Below, in pieces: positions 59,138 through 64,000 of a stretch of 64,000 bases of DNA. The notes beneath the pieces were generated by a model, which was not told the DNA's origin, searched no databases, and saw only the letters and a list, made by a program, of their open reading frames with translations. Within the stretch, counting starts at the first letter, position 1. Each line of letters opens with the position of its first letter. Source of the DNA: Lachnospiraceae bacterium (GTDB lineage Bacteria > Bacillota > Clostridia > Lachnospirales > Lachnospiraceae); contig JAILPR010000229.1 of assembly GCA_024699355.1 (NCBI GenBank), forward strand, positions 267 through 64,266. The letters are read 5' to 3'. Both the position numbers and the translations under genes were made by a program.

Positions 59138-61249
59138 ATGATGAACACAAATATTCGAAATTTCAGGCAAAAATATATTACCAATATGCGCCCGGTTTTT
59201 AACCGGCAGGCGCTATATACAGATACGACGGAAAGCTATGTGGTGCCGGCAGATCCGGAGCCGTATTCCCGCGTAAAGATCCGTTTTCGGACCGCACGTA
59301 ATAATGTAGACAACGTTTACTTAGAGCATGAAGATGTTTCGATCCGGATGTATAAGCTGGAAAACGGGGAACTATTTGACATCTACGAGCAGACGGTCTT
59401 TATCGAAGATCGGACGTATACGTATCACTTTAAAATCCAGTCCGGCGGGATCGAATGTTTCTATGATTGCCGAAGTACCGTATCTTCGCCGGATGCGGGT
59501 TGCAATTTTGCGATCTATCCAGGGTTTCAGACCCCGTCCTGGATGAAGGGCGCGGTCATGTATCAGATCTACACCGATCGGTTCTGTAACGGCGATCCGA
59601 CCAACGATGTGCTCGATCGGGAGTACTATTATCTTGGCGACTATGTGCAGAGGATTCCGCGGGAACAGTGGGATAAGTATCCGGCACATATGGGCGTGCG
59701 GGAGTTTTACGGCGGCGATCTGCAGGGCGTTCTGGACAAACTGGACTATCTGAAGGACCTTGGCGTGGAGGTCATTTATTTTAATCCGCTCTTCGTCTCG
59801 CCCTCGAACCATAAATACGACACGCAGGACTATGACAATATCGATCCGCATTTCGGCCCGCTGGTGGTTGATGAGGGAGAGGTGCTTGCGCCGGGAGATA
59901 CGGAAAATGCCCATGCGCAGAAATACCGGTGCCGTGTTACTGACAAGCGTAACCTCGAAAGCGCCAACCTCTTATTTGCCAAAGTCGTGGAAGAAGCGCA
60001 TAACCGCGGGATCCGCGTTATCATCGACGGGGTCTTTAATCACTGCGGCTCCTTTAACAAATGGCTGGATCGGGAAAAAATTTACGACGGCCGCGAAGGC
60101 TACATCAAAGGTGCCTTCGTTTCTGCGGACAGTCCCTATCAGGATTATTTTTACTTCAGAGACCGCAGACGTGAGAGCTGGCCGGACAATACCAGTTATG
60201 ACGGTTGGTGGGGACACGATACGTTGCCGAAATTAAATTACGAGTATTCGGAAACCCTGTGTCAGTATATCTGTCATATCGCGGAGAAGTGGCTGTTGCC
60301 GCCATATAATGCGGATGGCTGGAGACTGGATGTGGCAGCGGACCTTGGAAGCAATCCGGAAGCCAATCATCGCTTCTGGAAGCTGTTTCGCAAGTGCGTC
60401 AAAAAAGTCAAGCCGGATGCGGTCATCATCGCGGAGCACTACGGCAATCCGTCCGATTGGCTTCACGGCGATGAGTGGGATACGATCATGAACTATGATG
60501 CGTTCATGGAGCCGCTCTCCTGGTTCTTTACCGGGATGGAAAAGCACAGCGATATGTTCCGTTATGACTTTTTGGGAAATGCAGGAATGTTCTGGGATGC
60601 GATGATCTATAACGGGCGCAGACTTCCCTGGTCGGCCGGCATGATCAGTATGAATGAATTATCCAATCACGATCATTCGCGCTTTTTGACCAGGACCAAT
60701 CATATGGTCGGAAGATGCGATAAACTTGGCAGCGAGAATGCATCGGTGGGTGTCAACCCGGCGGTGATGCGAGAGGCGGTTACGGTACAGTTTACCTGGA
60801 CCGGTGCGCCCACGATCTATTACGGAGATGAAGCGGGCGTTTGCGGATTTACGGATCCGGATAACCGCAGGACATATCCATGGGGACACGAGGATCGCAT
60901 GATGATCGATTTTCACAAGGCGGTCATTCACATTCATAAGACATGTCCGGAACTTCGGAAAGGATCCCTGAAAAACACCGGATCCGGAACGAATTATCTG
61001 ACTTATGGAAGGTTTTTGAAAGAGGCACAGACGCTGGTGCTGATCAATAATAACGATCATGAGATCGAGCTGGATATCGACGTTTGGTACCTTGGCGTGC
61101 CCAAAGAGTCGTCGATGCGGCGGATCCTGCTTTCGACGGCAGAGTCTTTTACGACAGAGTCTGCGCAGCTGCCTGTAAACGGCGGCAGGAGCCACGTGAA
61201 GATGCCGGCATACTCGGCACAGATTTATCGTCATACAACGGAAACATAA
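59138..61249 (+). CDS. GH13 alpha-glycosidase (neopullulanase/cyclomaltodextrinase/maltogenic-amylase-like)
   Basis: GH13 regions IDGVFNHCG, DGWRLDVAADL (nucleophile Asp), IIAEHY (acid/base Glu), LSNHDHSRF. N-domain ALYTDTTESYVVP...VKIRFRT. No SD before any candidate start. Confidence 0.86.
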   Translation: MMNTNIRNFRQKYITNMRPVFNRQALYTDTTESYVVPADPEPYSRVKIRFRTARNNVDNVYLEHEDVSIRMYKLENGELFDIYEQTVFIEDRTYTYHFKIQSGGIECFYDCRSTVSSPDAGCNFAIYPGFQTPSWMKGAVMYQIYTDRFCNGDPTNDVLDREYYYLGDYVQRIPREQWDKYPAHMGVREFYGGDLQGVLDKLDYLKDLGVEVIYFNPLFVSPSNHKYDTQDYDNIDPHFGPLVVDEGEVLAPGDTENAHAQKYRCRVTDKRNLESANLLFAKVVEEAHNRGIRVIIDGVFNHCGSFNKWLDREKIYDGREGYIKGAFVSADSPYQDYFYFRDRRRESWPDNTSYDGWWGHDTLPKLNYEYSETLCQYICHIAEKWLLPPYNADGWRLDVAADLGSNPEANHRFWKLFRKCVKKVKPDAVIIAEHYGNPSDWLHGDEWDTIMNYDAFMEPLSWFFTGMEKHSDMFRYDFLGNAGMFWDAMIYNGRRLPWSAGMISMNELSNHDHSRFLTRTNHMVGRCDKLGSENASVGVNPAVMREAVTVQFTWTGAPTIYYGDEAGVCGFTDPDNRRTYPWGHEDRMMIDFHKAVIHIHKTCPELRKGSLKNTGSGTNYLTYGRFLKEAQTLVLINNNDHEIELDIDVWYLGVPKESSMRRILLSTAESFTTESAQLPVNGGRSHVKMPAYSAQIYRHTTET

Positions 61250-61251
61250 TC

Positions 61252-61286
61252 AAAAAATCCCGTACAGCCTGGCTGTGCGGGATTTT
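61252..61286. terminator. Bidirectional rho-independent terminator between GH13 (+) and the LacI-family gene (-)
   Basis: AATCCCGTACAG-cctgg-CTGTGCGGGATT (12 bp, one G-U pair), flanked by an A-run and a T-run. Confidence 0.8.
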
Positions 61287-61310
61287 GCGTATGTAAGCGT
61301 GTGGTGTCTG

Positions 61311-62327
61311 TTAAATCGTCTCGCGGATCTGCACGGAGAGTTTGGATAAAAACAGCTCCTGGGAGAGCTGCTTTCCGTCGGATAAATAGGAAAACATCAG
61401 CTCCAGGGCTTTGGCTCCCTGCCAGAGCGGCTCCTGACAGATGGTCGCGGTGACATAGCCTTTTTCCATCATCTCCACGGTGGTCGGAACTTCATCATGG
61501 GTGATGACACAGAGCTCTTTGGGCGCACGGAGCGCAGAGAGTGCGCGGCAGCCGCCATATACGGCAGCGGTCAGGAAATAGAGCGCGTTGATCTCGGGAT
61601 GCTTCTTCAGCATCCGGGTGACCAGATCGTAGGTGCGCTGGTCATCATCAAAATTCTCTTCGTGTGCGACGACATGGAATCGGGACTCCTCGGATAAGGA
61701 ATCCAAAAATCCGTTAAAGCGCTGTGCGTGACCGAGGATCTTTTGATCGCCGGTCAGAACGCCGAGATGAACGGGGCCTTTGGTCATCAATTTCAGGAGT
61801 GCTGCCGCAGTCTTGCCGGAATTGTAATAATCCGGACCGACATAGGCGAGGCGGTGTGCACCTTCAACATCGGAGTTTAAGGCAATGACCGGGATCCCGG
61901 CGGTGGAGAGCTGATTAAGCTCAGAGGCGATCGATTCGCTGTTATAAGGCGCGATGATCAGGCCGTGGATCTGTTCTTTGACCAAAGCGCGGATCGTGGA
62001 TAACTGTGCCTGCGGATCGTAAGCGACCCGGCGGACGATCAGCTCACAGCCAAAGAGCGAAAGTTCATGCGCTTTGTCTAAAATGCCTTGATTTACCGCA
62101 TCAAAAAACGGGTTCATCTTGCTGAACAGGATGACGCCGATCTTATATTTCTTTTTCTGTGCAGCCAGTGCGACACCGGCAGGATTGGGTGTGAATTTCT
62201 GCTCTGCCATGATGCGACGGATGGTCGCTTCGGTTTCGGCATTGACACCGCCGCGGTTGTTTAATACGCGGTCGACAGTGCCTCTGGAAACGCCGGCAAG
62301 GAGCGCGATTTCTTTGATGGTTGCCAT
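61311..62327 (-). CDS. LacI-family transcriptional regulator
   Basis: HTH MATIKEIALLAGVSRGTVDRVLNNRG followed by a periplasmic-binding-protein-type sugar-binding fold. Start trimmed to ATG 62327 (GAGGGG upstream); the ORF-track start is 62504. Confidence 0.9.
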   Translation of the reverse strand: MATIKEIALLAGVSRGTVDRVLNNRGGVNAETEATIRRIMAEQKFTPNPAGVALAAQKKKYKIGVILFSKMNPFFDAVNQGILDKAHELSLFGCELIVRRVAYDPQAQLSTIRALVKEQIHGLIIAPYNSESIASELNQLSTAGIPVIALNSDVEGAHRLAYVGPDYYNSGKTAAALLKLMTKGPVHLGVLTGDQKILGHAQRFNGFLDSLSEESRFHVVAHEENFDDDQRTYDLVTRMLKKHPEINALYFLTAAVYGGCRALSALRAPKELCVITHDEVPTTVEMMEKGYVTATICQEPLWQGAKALELMFSYLSDGKQLSQELFLSKLSVQIRETI

Positions 62328-62497
62328 AATCCCCTCTTTTCCAAACGTTGAAACGCTACCGTGTAAAATCACAGAATAGCTTCTTTTAGTATAGCGAAAA
62401 TACTGAAAAATCGCCACTGCTTTACATCGTCTGCCGACAATGAAAAACGAAAGTTTGATCAATTCGTGAACATACTGTGAAAAATAAGAAACTTGCC

Positions 62498-62526
62498 TTG
62501 ACACCGGAAGTTTCCGGCTGTAACAT
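62498..62526 (+). promoter_or_regulatory. Sigma-A-type promoter with a perfect 6-2-6 palindrome in the spacer
   Basis: TTGACA (62498-62503), 17-nt spacer, TAACAT (62521-62526). The spacer contains CCGGAA-gt-TTCCGG (62504-62517). Confidence 0.55.
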
Positions 62527-62641
62527 ACAGAACAGCAAAATAAAAATGCCGAAACAGACGAAAATTCAAGGACATAACACGGCAGAAATTCTTACCGCCG
62601 ATACAGTTTTTGTATACGGGAGTTTCTTGGAGGTTATAACA

Positions 62642-62890
62642 ATGGTTGATAATCAGAATACAGTGGTAAAAGTAAATTTAAATACAATGGACAGCGTTGT
62701 TTCATTCGTTAAGACGCTTTCCGCTTTCGATGGTCACTTTGATCTGATCAAAGGTCACTACATGGTAGATGCAAAGTCTCTGCTGGGCATCTTTTCCATG
62801 AATGAAAGAGCATGCGTAAATCTGCGAATCATGGACAATCATGACGATATGACAGATGTCATGGACGCACTGGAGCCCTATTTGGTATAA
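62642..62890 (+). CDS. HPr-fold protein lacking the His15 phosphorylation site (HPr-like/Crh-like)
   Basis: 82 aa from ATG 62642 (GGAGG 8 nt upstream). VDAKSLLGIFSMN aligns with the HPr Ser46 region VNLKSIMGVMSLG. The position equivalent to GIHARPA reads NTMDSVVSF, so there is no His. Confidence 0.65.
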   Translation: MVDNQNTVVKVNLNTMDSVVSFVKTLSAFDGHFDLIKGHYMVDAKSLLGIFSMNERACVNLRIMDNHDDMTDVMDALEPYLV

Positions 62891-62938
62891 TCATTCAGGG
62901 ACGCAAATGTTCCCCATGATCCACAAAGGGGGACGAAG

Positions 62939-63505
62939 ATGAAATCACAGTTTCGGGAAATCGTAGACGTCTGTCCGGTCATTGCGGCCGTGAAAGACGA
63001 TGCAGGACTTGAAAAAGCACTGGCATCGGAATGTGCGATCATATTTGTACTGTACGGAGATCTGCTGAGCATTGAGAGCATTGTGGCAAAGATCAAAGCA
63101 CAGAAGAAGATTGCCATGGTGCACCTGGATCTGATCACGGGGCTGGGCACCAAAGAAGTCAGCGTGGAATATCTGGCGGAAAAAGTGCAGGCGGACGGGA
63201 TCATCTCCACGAAGCCGGCCTTGATCAAAAAAGCCAGAGAGATCGGCTTATATACGGTTCTTCGACTGTTTATTCTGGATTCGATGTCTTTCAACAATCT
63301 GCCGAAGCAGTGCGAGCTTGCACGCCCCGACTGTATTGAGATCCTGCCGGGCGTGATGCCGAAGATCATTTCCAGGGTAAAGGAAAACGAAAAAGTTCCG
63401 CTCATTGCGGGCGGTCTTATTTCGGACAAAGAAGATATCTACTCCGCCTTAAATGCCGGAGCAAGAGCGATCTCGACGACCAGGTGTGAACTTTGGGATG
63501 TCTAA
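62939..63505 (+). CDS. glpP: Glycerol-3-phosphate-responsive antiterminator GlpP
   Basis: 188 aa. PVIAAVKD..., DLITGLG..., ADGIISTK..., EILPGVMPKII...IAGGLI are characteristic of the G3P_antiterm family as I recall it. Confidence 0.82.
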   Translation: MKSQFREIVDVCPVIAAVKDDAGLEKALASECAIIFVLYGDLLSIESIVAKIKAQKKIAMVHLDLITGLGTKEVSVEYLAEKVQADGIISTKPALIKKAREIGLYTVLRLFILDSMSFNNLPKQCELARPDCIEILPGVMPKIISRVKENEKVPLIAGGLISDKEDIYSALNAGARAISTTRCELWDV

Positions 63506-63512
63506 GCACGTC

Positions 63513-63541
63513 TTGCAATTCACCTGCCGAGCGCATATAAT
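63513..63541 (+). promoter_or_regulatory. Sigma-A-type promoter of the downstream G3P dehydrogenase-like gene
   Basis: TTGCAA (63513-63518), 17-nt spacer, TATAAT (63536-63541). Confidence 0.6.
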
Positions 63542-63585
63542 AAAATAAATGAATACAGATGCATGAGATTTGGAGTCAGGCAAGG

Positions 63586-63623
63586 AAACCGCATTGGGCG
63601 GTTTGTTTTGCTTGGCTTTTTTT
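63586..63623 (+). terminator. Leader terminator (candidate GlpP-controlled attenuator) upstream of the G3P dehydrogenase-like gene
   Basis: AAACCGC-attgg-GCGGTTT followed by GTTTTGCTTGGCTTTTTTT. It lies between the promoter and the AAGGAGG RBS. Confidence 0.6.
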
Positions 63624-63643
63624 ATTGCAGAAGGAGGAAGAAC

Positions 63644-64000
63644 ATGTATGATGTGATCATCATCGGCGCCGGCGTAAGCGGTGCGGCGATCGCAAGAGAA
63701 CTGTCAAGAAAAGAGCGTAAGGTACTGGTCATCGAGCGCGCATCGGATGTCTGCGAAGGGACATCGAAGGCCAACAGCGGTATCGTGCACAGTGGCTATG
63801 ATGCAAAGCCCGGTACGATGAAGGCAAAGATGAACCTGCGCGGCAACGAACTGATGCCACAGCTGGCAAAGGACCTGGATTTTCCGTTCAAGCAAAACGG
63901 CTCCCTGGTACTGTGCTTTGACGAAGCAGATCGTCCGGCGTTAAATGAGCTGCTCGAGCGAGGCCAAAAGAATGGCGTCAAAGATCTGCGGATCGTGGAG
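63644..64000 (+). CDS. Partial CDS (N-terminal 119 codons): FAD-dependent glycerol-3-phosphate dehydrogenase/oxidase-like oxidoreductase
   Basis: Not in the ORF track because it is open to the right edge. MYDVIIIGAGVSGAAIARELSR...CEGTSKANSGIVHSGYDAKPGT contains the dinucleotide-binding GxGxxG. AAGGAGGAAG RBS. It is downstream of glpP. Confidence 0.8.
   Translation, partial: MYDVIIIGAGVSGAAIARELSRKERKVLVIERASDVCEGTSKANSGIVHSGYDAKPGTMKAKMNLRGNELMPQLAKDLDFPFKQNGSLVLCFDEADRPALNELLERGQKNGVKDLRIVE

Noticed and set aside
62328-62400. LacI/CcpA-type operator in AAACGTTGAAACGCTACC upstream of the LacI-family gene
   Set aside because: Only the central AACGTT is palindromic. The register does not fit the cre consensus, being shifted by one base around the CG.

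Overview
This window is the chromosomal replication-origin region of a Firmicutes genome; gene content and order look Clostridia-like, possibly Lachnospiraceae, but that taxon is a guess. All CDS left of the origin are on the minus strand: serS, a DUF4446-like gene, parB, parA, rsmG, mnmG, mnmE, jag, yidC, yidD, rnpA and rpmH. They are preceded by tRNA-Arg(CCT) and two large uncharacterised envelope genes. A bipartite oriC flanks dnaA. It has 7 perfect DnaA boxes upstream of dnaA, and degenerate boxes plus an AT-rich stretch downstream. The right arm is mostly plus strand. It carries dnaA-dnaN-yaaA-recF-gyrB-gyrA, then housekeeping and accessory genes: an ECF-type sigma with a membrane partner, murG, pgi, a SWIM/SNF2 helicase, glgX, luxS-mtnN, patatin, perR-rubrerythrin, a two-component system, proS, cca, hup, yabO-divIC-tilS-hpt-ftsH, a GH13 enzyme, a LacI regulator and the start of a GlpP-controlled glycerol-3-phosphate locus. 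I see no CRISPR array, transposase, integrase, prophage or recognisable multi-gene defence system, so this is largely an ordinary core region. Three features are missing from the supplied ORF track. One is a >708-codon minus-strand CDS open to the left window edge (1..2124). The others are rpmH (44 aa) and a right-edge partial FAD-dependent dehydrogenase (63644..64000). The items most worth a second look are: (1) the vWA giant protein plus Ig-like/zinc-ribbon membrane protein pair; (2) a His15-less HPr-like gene with glpP and a leader terminator; (3) a promoter with a perfect 6-2-6 palindrome in its spacer; (4) two perfect parS sites bracketed by a 12-bp inverted repeat; (5) the sigma/anti-sigma-like pair with a Ser/Thr/Glu tandem-repeat stalk; and (6) a GH13 gene with no Shine-Dalgarno that may be leaderless. 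All family names come from motif recognition by eye; no database search was run.
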